A stretch of 64,000 nt of DNA from the human T2T-CHM13v2.0 reference genome, Homo sapiens. Location of the stretch: NCBI GenBank assembly GCA_009914755.4, contig CP068257.2, positions 13,632,001-13,696,000 of the forward strand, given 5' to 3'. Of the stretch, positions 26,129 through 40,864 are shown piece by piece. The stretch's first letter is position 1. Each line of letters begins with the position of its first letter. The translations under genes were made by a program, and so were the position numbers. The notes under the pieces are model-generated. The model searched no databases. It was not told where the DNA came from and saw only the letters and a list, made by a program, of their open reading frames with translations.

Positions 26129-28194
26129 CCTCAAACTCCCTTTCTTTGTTGTGCAAACTTTCCCCACTTCCCAGAAAGCTACAGTTTTGCATTCTTCCTC
26201 TCTGGTTACATTCTGAGTTCACAAGGAGCATCCCTATACTATTATTGTAGACTGTCTTTTATTTATGTTCTGTGTCACCCCATCACCCCATCACCAGCAC
26301 ATGGCTTCTCTGCCCACCTCCACTATTATTGTTCATTTCAAATGCCTGATGTCCTCTTAGAGTTTTGCTATCTGTTTCCTGTCCACTTTGGTATGTGCTA
26401 ATTTGGTATAGAAATTACTTTATATTTGTAGATGGAGAAATTAGTTATAAGGATGAGATGAGTGATTTTGTGTAATATCTATCAGAAAAATCTTCTTTGC
26501 TTTGGAAGCAATGTATTTTTTACAGTTACTTTGCTTTCATTTTTGATGAAATTTTTGTTATAAACAATGAAAAAACAAGACTAAAGGTGCATGCTTAAAT
26601 CTGAAACTGTTTTTCAGAGGATAATGTTCAATTCTACTTTTTATAAAATCAAAACCTCATGATAAGAGGATTATCTTTTATTTAAAAAATTCTTTTTGAC
26701 TACTTAATTGAGAGGCAAATGCTGCTTCTTTTCTAAACTGATGGCAGATTTTCAGCAAGAGAAGTGTTTATCTAGCTAATATATAGAGAGTAAAATAATG
26801 TGTGGAAATATTGTATTTTTTTAGAAAAAGCTACTCATTTTCCTTGCAAAATTTCTTCAAGAGTGATCTTTGTCTTGTCATTTTAGACAACTTTTGATAA
26901 TGTTAATAATTTTAAGTTATGCAATTTTGAATAAATAGCAAACTGTAAAAACAATAACTATAATGATACATTGGGGGTATTTTCTTTATTAATCACCTTA
27001 TATTGCTGTCTTGCTGGAACATTTATAAACCATTTTTATATTCTCAAGATTTCAACAGCCTTAGTATTTTGTAAAGCATCACAGTTGTGCCTTTACATAT
27101 ATATAAAACTAGTTCCTTATATGACTACATATAATTATACAGCTACATATAATTTTTTATAACTAATTATGTTATAACTAATATCCACATCTTCCCTTTA
27201 TTTGGTGCTAAAAGTTTTTTTGTTGTTTTATTTGCATGTTTTTAGTTTAGTATTTATGAGCTTATGTAACTTATCCACTATTTGCTAAAATTTTGCAACT
27301 TTGAAGGCCTGACTGATACTTTATGTAGGCATGGAAATATCTCATATTTAAAATCAAAACCATATTGGAAATTCTGGCATGTATAATAATTTTAACAGTG
27401 TATTAAAAATTAAGAGTTAAAAAATACATTTATTACCTTTGAAGTGAGATGCTATAAGTGAAACCACACACATCACAGCATTAGTTTATCCTAGGGTGAC
27501 CTTATTTTAATTATTTTCGGAATATGAATTAAGTCATTATAGGTAATCTTTTAAAGAGTGAGGCTAGGAAAGATGGAAAACACTTTTATTGTCTTAGAGT
27601 AAAGGGCTGTGGTCATTTGGAAACACATCATTAAAGACTTAATCCCAGCACATATGGGAAAGGCAATTCCACAGACCTTTCCAGAAGAAATACAGAAGAC
27701 ATAAGGTTAGGAATGAGGAGAGAAAGAGGTTTAAAGCAAGGAACATCTGGGATTGCTAAGAACAATCAGAAGCCATAACATAAAGAAGACAAAAGGTGAA
27801 TGCGCTTCCCTCCTCCTCATAGCCAACTGGCTCAACAGACTTTAAATATTGAGCACACATTGTTTCAAAGGCTGCTTTTTTCTCTCTCTGACCTCAGCCA
27901 CTAGGAAGCTACAGTTTAACCTTTTTGGGAAATCCCTAATACTTCAGGGGTGGGATATATTTGAGAAATGTACAACGTAGGAGTCTTAACCTTTTACTTA
28001 CTGGAATCTCAATATCTCAATGCCCAAGACAACTTATAGTTCACTAGAATTACACATATACTATCATACTATTTTTTTATTTAACTACAAAAATTTAGTG
28101 ATTTCGCATTAAACAAAAGCATTAGTCACTTTGAACTACTGAATTAATGGTAAAAACAAACGCATACCTAAATGTTTTTCAATATTAAGAGTGA

Positions 28195-28840
28195 AAACTT
28201 TTTTTTTTTAACCTATAAAGAGAAAATACTTGTTTTCTTTGAGGGAAAAACCCCCATTCTTATTTTAACAAAAAGTCATGGGAACTAAACATATGAGAAT
28301 AGCTTTTAAAATAATTCATAGGCTTATTTTTAATACGGTTTTAGATTTTCAAAATAATTGAGCAGATAGTACATAGGATTCCATATACTCTTCCCATCCA
28401 CAAGAGTTTCCCCTATTATTAACATCTTGCATTAGTCTAGTACATTTGTTACAATTAATAAATGAATAGTGATACATTATTAACTGTAGTTCACAGTTTA
28501 TATAAAGGTTCACACTTTTTATTGTACAGTTCTACGATTTTAATAAATGTATAATGATATGTATTAACCATTATCATTTTATATTGAATAATTTCACCAC
28601 CTTAAAAATCCTCTGTGATCCACCTGTTCATCCCTTCCTTCCCTCCCTCCCCTTGAGCCCCTAACAACCACTAATCTTTCACTGTCTCTACAGTTTTGCC
28701 TTTTCCAGAATGTCATATCCTTGGAATCATATAGTACGTGGCCTTTTCGACTGGCTTCTTTCACTTAATGCCATGCATGTAACAGTACCCTATACCTTTT
28801 TGTGACTTAATTGTTCATTTGTTTTTGTCACTGGATGATT
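28195..28840 (-). mobile_element. L1M (old L1, L1MA/MB-like) 3'-end fragment, antisense
   Basis: Poly-T at 28199-28212. Then 'tgtacagttctacgattttaataaatgtataatgatatgtattaaccattatcattttatattgaataatttcaccaccttaaaaatcctctgtgatccacctgttcatccc...cccctaacaaccactaatctttcactgtctctacagttttgccttttccagaatgtcatatccttggaatcatatagtacgtggccttttcgactggcttctttcacttaatgccatgcat', the classic antisense L1M 3' UTR sequence. Confidence 0.65.
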
Positions 28841-31099
28841 TTTTAAATAGAGAAAATTTTCATAACCTAATATAGCATTGAAAAATAAGGATATTTAAAA
28901 GCATATCTTTAAACAGAATAACAGACATCGGAGACTACAAAAGGTAGGAGGGTGGGAAAGAAGTGAAGTTTGAAAAATTACTTATTGGGTACAGTGTTCA
29001 CTTCTTGGGTGAGGGATGCACTAAAAGCTCACACTTCACCACTATGCAATATACACATGTAAGAAATCTGCACTTTAGCCCCTAAATATATTTCCAAAAA
29101 AGTGTAAAAAAGTTGCTTATTTCAGATGGACAAATAGTTTTTGAAGATCACGAGGCTCAGCAAAATTCATTTTAGTCTACAAAATGTACTAGACTCATTT
29201 ACATTTTCGCAGTACCCCTAACACCCCTCTAAGTCATACTCAATTCTTTTCATTACCCATCTGTAATATTTGGTCCATCTGCTAGTAGTATTCAATAGAC
29301 TAGTGTACTACCATTAACCCGAGTTGACCGAAAATCAATATGCCATGTATCCCAAAGGTCATATGAGTAGATCCTCCTCTTTCCTGTCCCTCCAAGTTTC
29401 TCTCTCGTCTTCCCTGCACACCCCTGACCTAAATATGAATGATTTATTTGAGAAAATTTTTTTGGGGGGATAGATAACCCATGAAATTGTGGGATGTTTA
29501 TACTGGCTATTTTCTCAGCATTTCATCTTACCTGAAGTTGATAATTCATTGTTTCTAGAGTTCTCCACAAATACAACTTTCCATTGACATGAAAAACACA
29601 TGAAACCAACCAAAAGGAACTATAAAATGTGAATTTTTACTTTGGAAGTGATGTCTCCTGTTTATATCCTTTCCAGTATGTACTCAGACATGGTTACTCA
29701 AATGAGCATTGTTTTTTAAGATAAATGTACTTACAAAAAATGACTCTGACCTATAATAAAAATGTTTAAAAAATAATCTGTTTTCCATGTGCTTAGGATC
29801 GAAGCCACCTACAGTAATAGCTTTTGTTTTCATTAACAGGGGCGAGTTAGTTTTGCAAGTATTTCTTGAGCATGTGTTAGAGAACTCATTGGAATGACCT
29901 AAGCAAGACTGCCTTATAACTATAAAAAACTGAAATATATTTAGTATAGTAGAAAATAATTGAATAGCATAACTAAAAGGTCATCTTTCTTCTATATAAT
30001 TTGCTTGAACAGAAAGACATCTTGTAAAATGGCTTACATCCAGTATTTTTGGTCTGCTTCCTTTTTCTAGGAACCATATTGATTGCAGTTTTAGAAATAA
30101 AGCTATTTAAACAAAATCAATTAAAATGATATTAGGAAGGTCATACACATATTTATAAATATCAAATGATCTGTTAATTAAAAATCACAAGACATTAGTA
30201 GCATTGAAGCTGAAATTTCCATGGCAATAGTAAAAACATTTAACAGTACACATTTCATTTACTTTGCAAAAGAGATGGATCCAGTGAAATAGACTGATGA
30301 CCTAATATGAGGTGAATTTAAGTCATATGTTTGAGCCAACAAATCCAGAAGAGGTGTCAGTAAGATTGGCAGGGAAAATACAGACTTGAAATCACAGAAT
30401 AATAGATATTACTGAGGAAAAATACAGGTAACACTAAATAATCTACTTCTATGCACTTTTTATAAGTTTGCAAATTTCCACCATGCTGCATAAGCAAGCA
30501 TCTATTACTTTTACAAATATAAAATTGCTTCCATAGTATCACATTTTTACCATTTCTTTGGGTTGATTGCTAGGAATGTGGCATTGTCTTTCTCATCTTT
30601 GCCATTATTTTAGCAAGAAAATTCCCCTGGGCACCCCAAGGCATTTTAAAGTCTTTCTCACCCCCTTCCCTTTGTAATTCTTTCATATGCATTATAAGAA
30701 GTAAAATAATAGTTTTTGTCTGATTTATTCTTTTATGCTCACTTTTGATTATGCTGGACCTTAAAATTTTTATCTTTCCACTCCATACAATTGCCAACTC
30801 TGCTTGTATTCGGGTTTCATCTGACTGTAATTCATTGACAGCCATGTATACACATAATTCAATGTATGCGTGTCTATAACACATTTTCTGAATATTGTTT
30901 GTTATAATAGTAATAATAATGAATATCAACAAATTGCTGATGTTTTTGTTGTGGAAAAATTATAAATGCGAAGATACATAAGTTGTTTGGTACCATAGGC
31001 CCTTAGGAGTCATATGAGTTATTAATGGAGATGATATGACAATAAATAAAATTATAACAAACAACATGAGGCTATGAGTAATCAGTGCTTAGAAAGTGG

Positions 31100-31388
31100 T
31101 GCAGACCCGGGTGCAGTGGTTCACGCCTGTATTCCCAGCACTTTGGGAGGCCAAGGTGGGTGGATCACCTGGATTCAGGAGTTCGAGACCAGCCTGGCCA
31201 ACATGGTGAAAACCTGTCTCTACTAAAAATAACAAAAATTTTCCGGGCGTGATGGCACATGCCTGTAGTCCCAGCTGTTTGGGAGGTTGAGGCAGGAGAA
31301 TTGCTTTAACTTGGGAGGTGGAGATTGCACTGAGCTGAGATCACGCCACTGCACTCCAGACTGGGCAACAGAGTGAGACTTCGTCTCC
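31100..31388 (+). mobile_element. Alu SINE (AluS-like), sense
   Basis: '...gggtgcagtggttcacgcctgtattcccagcactttgggaggccaaggtgggtggatcacctggattcaggagttcgagaccagcctggccaacatggtgaaaacctgtctctactaaaaata...ccgggcgtgatggcacatgcctgtagtcccagc...gcactgagctgagatcacgccactgcactccagactgggcaacagagtgagacttcgtctcc'. Confidence 0.95.
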
Positions 31389-31500
31389 AAAAAAGAAAGA
31401 GAGAAAGAAAGAAAGAAAGAGAGAGAGAGAAAGAAAGAAAGAAAGAGAGAGAGAGAAAGAAAGAAAGAAAGAAGGAAGGAAGGAAGGAAGGAAGGAAGGA

Positions 31501-31560
<60 letters not shown>

Positions 31561-31612
31561 GAAAAGCAAAGCAAAGCAAAGAAAAGAAAAGAAAAGAAAA
31601 GAAAAGAGAAGA
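31389..31612. repeat. Compound tetra/penta-nucleotide STR grown from the Alu A-tail: (GAAA)n, (GAGA)n, (GGAA)7, (GAAA)15, (GCAAA)3, (GAAAA)5
   Basis: Direct reading of about 224 bp of purine-only repeats. The (GGAA)7 run is at 31474-31501. It is the source of the spurious ORFs at 31223-31691 on both strands (poly-Lys/Glu/Arg on one strand, Phe/Leu/Ser on the other). Confidence 0.97.
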
Positions 31613-34600
31613 GGTGCAGGCCACAAAATTTGAGGAAGGCAGAGAAGGGGGTGGTCATTTTGTACTGGATGATCAGAATAAGTCCTGACAAAGGAGATGG
31701 GGTTTGTCTAGGCCCTGAAAAATAGGGAGAGATGAGATTTAAATATCAGGAAAGAATGAAGAAAGGGAGTTCCCAGCAATGAGAGCAGGATGAACTAAGG
31801 TAGAGAGAGGGTTTGAAAGTTCAAAATGTATTGGAAACTCTGAGGAGACAGAAGTAGAGAGTCCCTAAAACAGCAAGGAAAGGTAAGTTTGCAAGGACAG
31901 GATGAGACCAGATTTTGGCAGGTTCTGTATTTCAGGCTGAATAGTCCTAGTTATGAGCGCAAGATGATCATTTTGTGGGTTTTTAGCAGGCTAATGGTTG
32001 TTCTTTGGACAGATGAATCTGGCAGCAGTATGCTGGCTGCTTTTCCAGGGAAAGAATGAAGGCAGAGAGGCAACTTAGTGGAGCTAGGGAAGTTGGGGAG
32101 AAAATTGTTTGGATAGGAGATGAGACAGTGATGTCTAAAAATGATACATTTTAGTAACGTTGAATACCAAAGCAGTCGGTTGAAGGAGAAATATCCATTT
32201 GAAAATTGTTTGAGGGAGAATTTAGATGTAGAGATTATTCTAACAGTAAAGTTTGACTAAATTTCTAATGCTTTCTTAGAAGGCTTAAAATTAAGCCATT
32301 GAAGGTAATGGCCATTCAGATAACAGCTCTGAGAGGATAAAGTATGAGGGACACAAAGTGGAGAGACCACTGAAGATTGAATGTTGGAGAACGCTATCTC
32401 CTTTTGGGGAAGAGGAATCATAGAAGGAAATTAAGAAGCTGTTAGAGAAGCAGGACAACCCGAAGAGTGTAGCCTTGTTGAAGTCAAGAGAGAGTGAAGT
32501 TGATCAACCCAGTTGATACAAATGTCCACCTCTCAGTGACCAAGGTAGCACATTTGTTTAGTCATGATTTTCCACGACATATTTCACACATCACTAGGAA
32601 ATGCTTCCTGTAACTGAATATTCTCCTTCTCTGCCAACAAGTATCAACATACTCCGTGAACTGTTGCAGAGTGATTTATAATGTGAATAAGACCTCGGAA
32701 ACTTGTCAAGACATTCAAAACCATATCCACAATGGCATGAAAAACTCTAGAGCCACGTTTTCTTCTCTTTCCTTTGTGGTTAATTCCAGAAATTAGCTAT
32801 TAGTCACAGAGAACACAATAAAACATGATCAGATCTTCTTAATCCCTAAATCCAAAATGACTAAAAATTTGCTGAGGCAACTTTCTTTTGGTCTGTGCCC
32901 AGGTGTAGAAGTTGCTCTTGCTAAGAGGGTAAGAAATCCATTCAGCACACACAAAGAGATTGCTTTTGGCACACTAGATTGGTGCACTTGTGCACACTAG
33001 CACAGAGGGAAAAGGTAGGAAAAGAAAGTAGATTTGGATTCTGCTGCATGGGAAACTACCATATGATTACTGGGTTCGAGCCCATTCATTGGGCCCAAAT
33101 TAGCAACCACTTGTAATCAACCATCAGCCTTTAGAGTGTAATGTACAATACTAGCCATGGGGCAATTGCTTCTTGGAATAATGTATTCATCTCTTGAGTT
33201 AAAGGTAAGAAGGAAAAAATTGCTGAGGTTAAATTATTGCCACCTTGCCTTGGTGACTTAGAATACTAGATGAGGGTTGTTACTGGGCATCCCTCCTGCT
33301 AACATTGCTGAATCCAGATGAGAACTTGGGAGACTTGTTACATAATTGAAGCTGGCAGTGCAGTGATGCTGGGAGGATCTTGGGCCTGGTCCAGTCCTCC
33401 TTCTGCCTCTGGCTTAGCTGTGCGATCCTGAGCAAGTCACTGAACCTATTTTGTCTTTGGCTTTCTTCGAAAACGAAGAGATAATATCCCCTTTGTCTAT
33501 TCTAAAATAAAACATAGGAAAGTTCTTTTAAAAAGTAGAAAGAACTGTGGGGATGGACAGTTTTAAAAAGAGTTCCTGAATTTAGGAAATACATATTACT
33601 TTCTTCTAGGTTTATTTCAGATTGGTAATTAAGAATATTTTAAAAAATTTTTGTAAGACCTCTTCAAGCAGAAATTTGCCATTTCTGGAAAATGAAAGTG
33701 CTTCCAAACTTGGAATCACATTTTTAGACACTGCAAGCTGGTTTTGCACCAAATTCCCTTAGCTTTCTACAGGGCCTTTCATACTCTTCATTTTTTTGTT
33801 GTCTTTTCTCCTTCTTTTTGCATTTTTTCCTCTCTCTTTATCTGCTGTAGAATAGTTTCTATTTTCAAACGGAAGAGCTTCTTTGTTTTTGTCAAATGAT
33901 ATAAAAAATAATCTTTGGGATAAATTCTGAAAAGAGAGGTCACTGTAATTTTATGAAAGGCAGGTCCAACAGAGACCAGTTGGGGTCCAGTGAATATCAT
34001 ACTGGAATTGCCTGAGATTTAGTTTGGGGTCTGAGAATAGGTAGAAGAGGAATAGCAATATCCAATGAGAAAGGATTTTTTTCATTAGGTGATAGTTACT
34101 CATAATGCTGCTAAGAGATGCTGGAAATGTTAGCTTGGAATTTAGTAAATAAAAGATATTATGAAAACTTCAAAAAATGTGTATAAACCTGCTAACTACA
34201 GAAGGCTCATCAGAACAGAAATTTGAGAACTTTGAAAAAAAGTATAGTTATTCCTAAGTAGTAGGAGCTACATTCATGCAGAAAAATATTGGTCAGAGAG
34301 AATTAAAATTCTGTAATGTATTGAATACTAAGCAAAAGCGAACTTGAGTATAAAATGATCCCCCATTTTCCCAAGAGAGGATTCTAAAAGGAGATTTTTT
34401 TATGTGTGTTTGTTTTGTTTTGTTGGCTAACTTGAATATACATAATTTTAGAGATGTGGCTTAAAGATCTTTTTATGAAATTTAATTACAGGCAGTCTGA
34501 CTTATGATGATTCCACCTATGACATTCTGACTTCATGATGATGTGAAAGCTATAGGCATTCAAAAGAAATTTTACTTCAAATTTTGAAATTTCATCCGCC

Positions 34601-35526
34601 TCTACCTTGGCAAAGTACTGTGTACAAGAGAGATTCAACTGTTTATAATAAAATAGGCTTTGTGTCAGATGATTTCGCCCAATTGTAGGCTAATATAAGT
34701 GTTCTGAGCACATTTAATATAGGTTAGGCAAAGCTATGATGTTGAGTGGGTTAGGTGTGTTAAATTCATTTTTGACTTAATACTTTCAACTTACAATGGG
34801 TTTATCAGGATATAGCTCCATCATAGGGCAAGGAACATCTGTTTTGGCTGCACACAATTTAAAAATCACATATTATTTTAAATGATACATTAATGAACAT
34901 TTGTTGCTATTTTTTTGCTTCCATTCTGGGAAGCAACTATATGAAACCTCATCACTTGCATAAATACTTTATAATGCCTGCATATAATAAAAGGTATTTT
35001 TTTAAGTATCCTTTAGACCTCAGCATCTTTGCTGTAACTGGAAGACTTTTTGAGTCTTCTAAACCAAAGAGCTTATGACCTTACCTTCCATATAAGTTGT
35101 TGGAGATACAGCTTTTTTACAATTTGCTGGAAAGGTGATCACTTTGAGTTTCACCCCAAGCCACAAATATTCACTGGGTAGTTATTATTTGGACAACTTA
35201 GTCATCACTACTTTACTTTTTAAAGTGATACATAAAAGGTATGTTTATATCCAAAACTTGTGATTATCATGGCATATTCCAGGAATAATTATTAAGTATA
35301 AATAAGTTTATTTACTTGCCTCTTTTAAAAAATTTAATCACATAAGTGTTTGAGGTTAATGGATCTTTCCCAAATATAAATTTATTGTTAAAATTCTAGG
35401 GTACTACTTAACATCAAAATTCTTTCAGATGACTTTCTTATTTCTAAGCCATAATTTAAAAAAATTAATCTTATATTTAAACATATATGGTATTTGTGTT
35501 TTCTTAATTTTTGGGCCTATGGAAAG

Positions 35527-35891
35527 TGATATGGTTTGGCTCTGTGTCCTCATCCAAATCTCATCTCGAGTTGTAATCCCCACGTATTAAGGGAAGAACC
35601 TGGTAAGAGGTGATTGGATCATGAGGGCAGTACCTCCCTGCTGTTCTCACGATAGTGAGGGACTGCTCATGAGATATTATGGTTTTAAAAGTGTCAGTTT
35701 CCCCTCCACGCTCTCTCTCTCCTGCTGCCTTGTAAAGAGGGTGCTTGCTTCTCCTTCACCTTCCACAATGATTGTAACTTTCCTGAGGCCTCCCCAGCCA
35801 TGTGGAACTGTGAGTCAATTAAACCTCTTTTATTTATGAATTACCCAGTCTCAGGTAGTATCTTTATAGCAATGTGAATGGCCTAATACAG
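35527..35891 (+). mobile_element. MaLR solo LTR (MST/THE1-like, diverged)
   Basis: Starts 'tgatatggtttggctctgtgtcctcatccaaatctcatctcgagttgtaatccccacgtattaagggaagaacctggtaagaggtgattggatcatgagggcag'. Ends '...ggcctccccagccatgtggaactgtgagtcaattaaacctcttttatttatgaattacccagtctcaggtagtatctttatagcaatgtgaatggcctaatacag'. Confidence 0.8.
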
Positions 35892-37740
35892 ATAGTAACA
35901 TAATAAGGATAACATTTTTGAAATACCTTCTGAAGTAATATTCTCCTCCTGGTAGCCACATTTATGCCCTGTGGCCCTTCAGCTATACTGCAATAGAGAA
36001 GGGAAGGATGAATACCCAGAAATGAAGAAGAATGAGCATGGAGAAACTCCTACCAGCTGGGAGAGGCAGTGGAAAGATCCCCTGGCTCCAGAAGATAAAG
36101 GGGAGGGTGAGAGCCAGAGAAAGGTAACTGCAGGAGTAAGACATGTGGGCTTTCTTGCTTCCTCCCTTTGGTTCAAATCCAAAGACCTGAGGGCATAGAA
36201 ATACTCATATAGGCTTTGGGGAATCCTAGACATGTCGTGGAAAAAATGGCAATTCTCTTAGAGAAGCTGTCTTTTGAGGGCTACTTTCAACAAGACACCA
36301 AGCAGTAGGTTAGAAAAAGCCAAGAAAGATGACCTTCAAAAAAGCTTCCCTGAGCTCTGTGCACTTCAGGTGAGAGTGAGATAAAGCAACTGAGAATTCC
36401 ACATGGAAGTAAGGAAGAGCTGAGTGAATCAGAGAACCTGGAGTCAGGACAAGAATACTGTGGCATATAGTGACCTTCACATAGTTCAACAGCAAGTGCC
36501 AGTATCATGCCCCAAGATCTAATGAACACAGCCATCTAGTCTCATTGTTGCCAGCTGCCCAGGGAAAAGAATACACAACACATGGCAACCATCTGAAGCA
36601 AAAACACTTGGGGAAGAGGACATATACCTACAGTCCCACCCCTCCCCTATAAACCTTAGGAATCCCCGTTCACTTAGATGCCAGCTTGGCAAGGAAGGGA
36701 AGTACACATCTGTTGACAGTAATGAAATATCCTTGATAAGGATTTAAATTTTGGATGTGCTGAATATTTCTTTACCCAACAAAAACACTTTTAATTTCTT
36801 TATTGAAAACAATAACAGAAAAAAGTTACTCATTATTGGCAAGTTTTAATATTTTCCCCCTATCTGTGGGAATGGGATCTTCTGATCAGCATGTCATTTT
36901 TTTAGAAATAGAAAAAGCATGTTTGTATTTTACATATCCAACTTACAGGATTTTAAAACTTCATCACAATTTATGTAATGAAGTATTAGTCAGGATAGTT
37001 TGGTTATGTTGCAGTAACAAATGCCCCCAAACCTTGTTCCCTTAAAACAACAAAAGTTAATTAATTTCTCACTCATGCTATGTGCATGAGAGTTGAGGGG
37101 CTACAATTCATCATAGTGACTTAGACAGAGATCTTGGTTGATGGAGTCTCACAAAGTTGCTGATAAATAACCATGACAGGAGAAAAAGAGAACATAGCAA
37201 GACTCACACTGGCTCTTAAACTTTTGCTTTGATGTGAGATGTATTCTTTCTGCTCAAATGTTACTTGCTAAAGCAAGTCACATGGTCATATCTAATATCA
37301 ACCGGGTGTAGAAGTACAATATTGCCATAAGCCCATGAGTAGGAACAGAAATCACTGGTGAACAGTGCTAATGGCTACCATCACTTGTAAACCCTTTGTC
37401 ACTTTATGGATTATTGTTTCAATGTGAAAATTTTATGACATAACTAGATATGAGAAATAGAAAAGATATCAGCGACTTCGATTTCAATGTAATTAATGTG
37501 TTGTTTATAATTTGTGCCTTTGTGTTCTTACATGCCTTAATACAGTGGCATCTATAGTAATCAGCGTTCAGTTGAATCGAGAGTGTTCATTCTATATCAA
37601 GAGCTGACAAACTTTTTGTGTAAAAGGTCAGATAATAAATATTTTAGGCTTTGTGGGCATATAGTCTCTGTTGTAGCTTGTCAATTCTGTTGTTTTAGTG
37701 CGAAAGCATGGATAGCTAATGTGCAAATGTATCAAAGTGA

Positions 37741-38130
<390 letters not shown>

Positions 38131-38165
38131 TTTTCATTCTTTTCTAATCAGTTAAAAATGTAGTT

Positions 38166-38498
<333 letters not shown>

Positions 38499-39482
38499 CT
38501 AGCTTTGGCCTATGGGCCATAGTTTTAGATTATTTAAATAACAAGAAATTTTAAGTATTCAAAACCAACAAATTTATTGGAAGAAATGGAAGAACAGTTC
38601 TATTCTTAATACTCAGGAACAAATAGTAGCTCCCAGAAACACTCTGCCTTTGCCTTCAGCAGGTAAACAACCACCACAGATGCAGGAATCTGACAGATTA
38701 TGAATCTGCTGCTAATACTGCTGACTTCAGTCCCAGGCTACTCTGCCATGATCCAGAAATATGCCAAGTCTGCTCCAGGAAGCTGCTGAATCAGGAATCC
38801 ACCTACCACATTGGGCAGTCACTGCTAGCTGCCACCTCGGCCTTGATCCTCGCCAGCAAAATATATGCCTCAAACTTGGCTTTTTTCGTCTGTTTGATTC
38901 AGATTCTAAACATTCTTGCAGGAGTATGAAGGAACGTAAATCATGTTCTAGCCTCCAATGTGTCTGAGAAATGTAGTTTAACTTTCCAGCTGCTTCATGT
39001 TACCGGTAGGTTAGAATGGATGTTGTATAAAGCAATTTAGGGTATTGGACACAGCATAATAACGAAAAGACAGGTTCCATTAAGACAAATTCTTTGGTGT
39101 TTCCAAACCTTCCGTGAGCTATCAGGAAGAGAAAGTCCTCGTATAAGTGCCACAAAATGATATACAAATAAAAATAATTGTATGCATGCTTCCTTTCCAT
39201 CCATGCCACTACCCCAAAACAATTTTTTATTTTAACCCTCTGCCCTGTGAGCTTCCTACAGTGGCATAAAGATTTGCATAATCATGTTTATAACAGCACT
39301 GTTAGAAATAGCAACAAAAAGTGCTTGAGAAAGGGTAAAAATGTTAGTATATCCTGCTATGTAGCAATTAAAAGATATGGATGTAGATACTGACATGGAA
39401 AGAGATCTAAGACACATTTTAAACACAAGTTAAAGAGTAGCTTATGAAGTCTGATCTCACTTTTTAAAAGAAAGGTAATTTT

Positions 39483-39847
<365 letters not shown>

Positions 39848-40154
39848 CTATTTTATAGATGCATACAAAATACAAAGTTCTCTATAATCCTAATCTCCCA
39901 CAATAACTGCAGTTAATATTTTTCTGTATGTATGCATACTTTTTTCTGTAGATATAAAATCTTTAGGTCACACTTTTAAATGAATTTAGCTTTGTTTAAA
40001 AGTCACATTTTTATTTTTAGGAATAAGATCTTGTTATATCAGTGCCGTAGTACTCAAGGGTGTGTCGCACTCTGAATTTGTTTATTTTTCCTCTGAAAAA
40101 ATCACTGGGGGCCACTGATTTCTTCACAGGTATGGTTTCTTTTCTTTCCTTTCG

Positions 40155-40503
40155 TTTTTTTTTTTTTTTTTTTAATTATACTTTAAGTTCTAGGCTACAT
40201 GTGCACAACGTATAGGTTTGTTACATAGGTATACATGTGCCATGGTGGTTTGCTGCACCCATTAACTCATCATTTACATTATGTATTACTCCTAATGCTG
40301 TCCCTCCCCCAGGCCCCCAGCCCCCGACAGGCCCTGGTGTGTGATGTTCCCTGCCCTGTTTCCATGTGTTCTCATTGTTCAATTCCCACCTATGAGGGAG
40401 AACATGCAGTGTTTGGTTTTCTGTCCTTGTGATGGTTTGCTGAGAATGATGGTTTCCAGCTTTATCCATGTCCCTGCAAAGGACACAGGTATGGTTTCTA
40501 TAT
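40155..40503 (-). mobile_element. L1PA-type (younger primate L1) 3'-terminal fragment, antisense
   Basis: Poly-T, then 'aattatactttaagttctaggctacatgtgcacaacgtataggtttgttacataggtatacatgtgccatggtggtttgctgcacccattaactcatcatttacattatgtattactcctaatgctgtccctccccc...gtgttctcattgttcaattcccacctatgagggagaacatgcagtgtttggttttctgtccttgtgatggtttgctgagaatgatggtttccagctttatccatgtccctgcaaaggacacag'. This is the reverse complement of the last ~330 bp of L1PA. Confidence 0.85.
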
Positions 40504-40504
40504 A

Positions 40505-40864
40505 TGATATGGTTTGGCTCTGTGTCCCCACCCAAATCTCATCTTGTAGCTCCCATAATTCCCATGTGTTATGGGAGGGACCCATAGGAGATGATTGAAT
40601 CATGGTGGCAGGTCTTTCCCATGCTGTTCTCGTGATAGTGAACAGGTTTCACGAGATCTGATGGTTTTTAAGTTTCTCTACACAAGCTCTCACTTTGCCT
40701 GCTGCCATCCATGTAAGATGTGACTTGCTCCTCCTTTGCCTCCTGCCATAATTGTGAGGCCTCCCTAGCCATGTGGAACTGTAAATCCAATAAGCCTCTT
40801 TCTTTTGTCAATTGCCCAATCTCGGGTATGTCTTTATCAGCAGCATGAAAACGAACTAATACAA
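40505..40864 (+). mobile_element. THE1-like MaLR solo LTR
   Basis: 'tgatatggtttggctctgtgtccccacccaaatctcatcttgtagctcccataattcccatgtgttatgggagggacccataggagatgattgaatcatggtggcaggtctttcccatgctgttctcgtgatagtgaacaggtttcacgagatctgatggtttttaag...gtgaggcctccctagccatgtggaactgtaaatccaataagcctctttcttttgtcaattgcccaatctcgggtatgtctttatcagcagcatgaaaacgaactaatacaa' is near-consensus THE1. It directly abuts the L1PA fragment at 40155-40503. Confidence 0.85.

Noticed and set aside
31223-31691. Four overlapping ORFs of 86-133 aa, poly-KE/R on the plus strand and poly-F/L/S on the minus strand
   Set aside because: Pure translation artefact of the (GAAA)n/(GGAA)n microsatellite.
35892-36750. Possible MaLR internal sequence following the LTR at 35527-35891, which would make a partial provirus
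   Set aside because: I could not match the region to the THE1/MST internal consensus by eye, so it is left unannotated.
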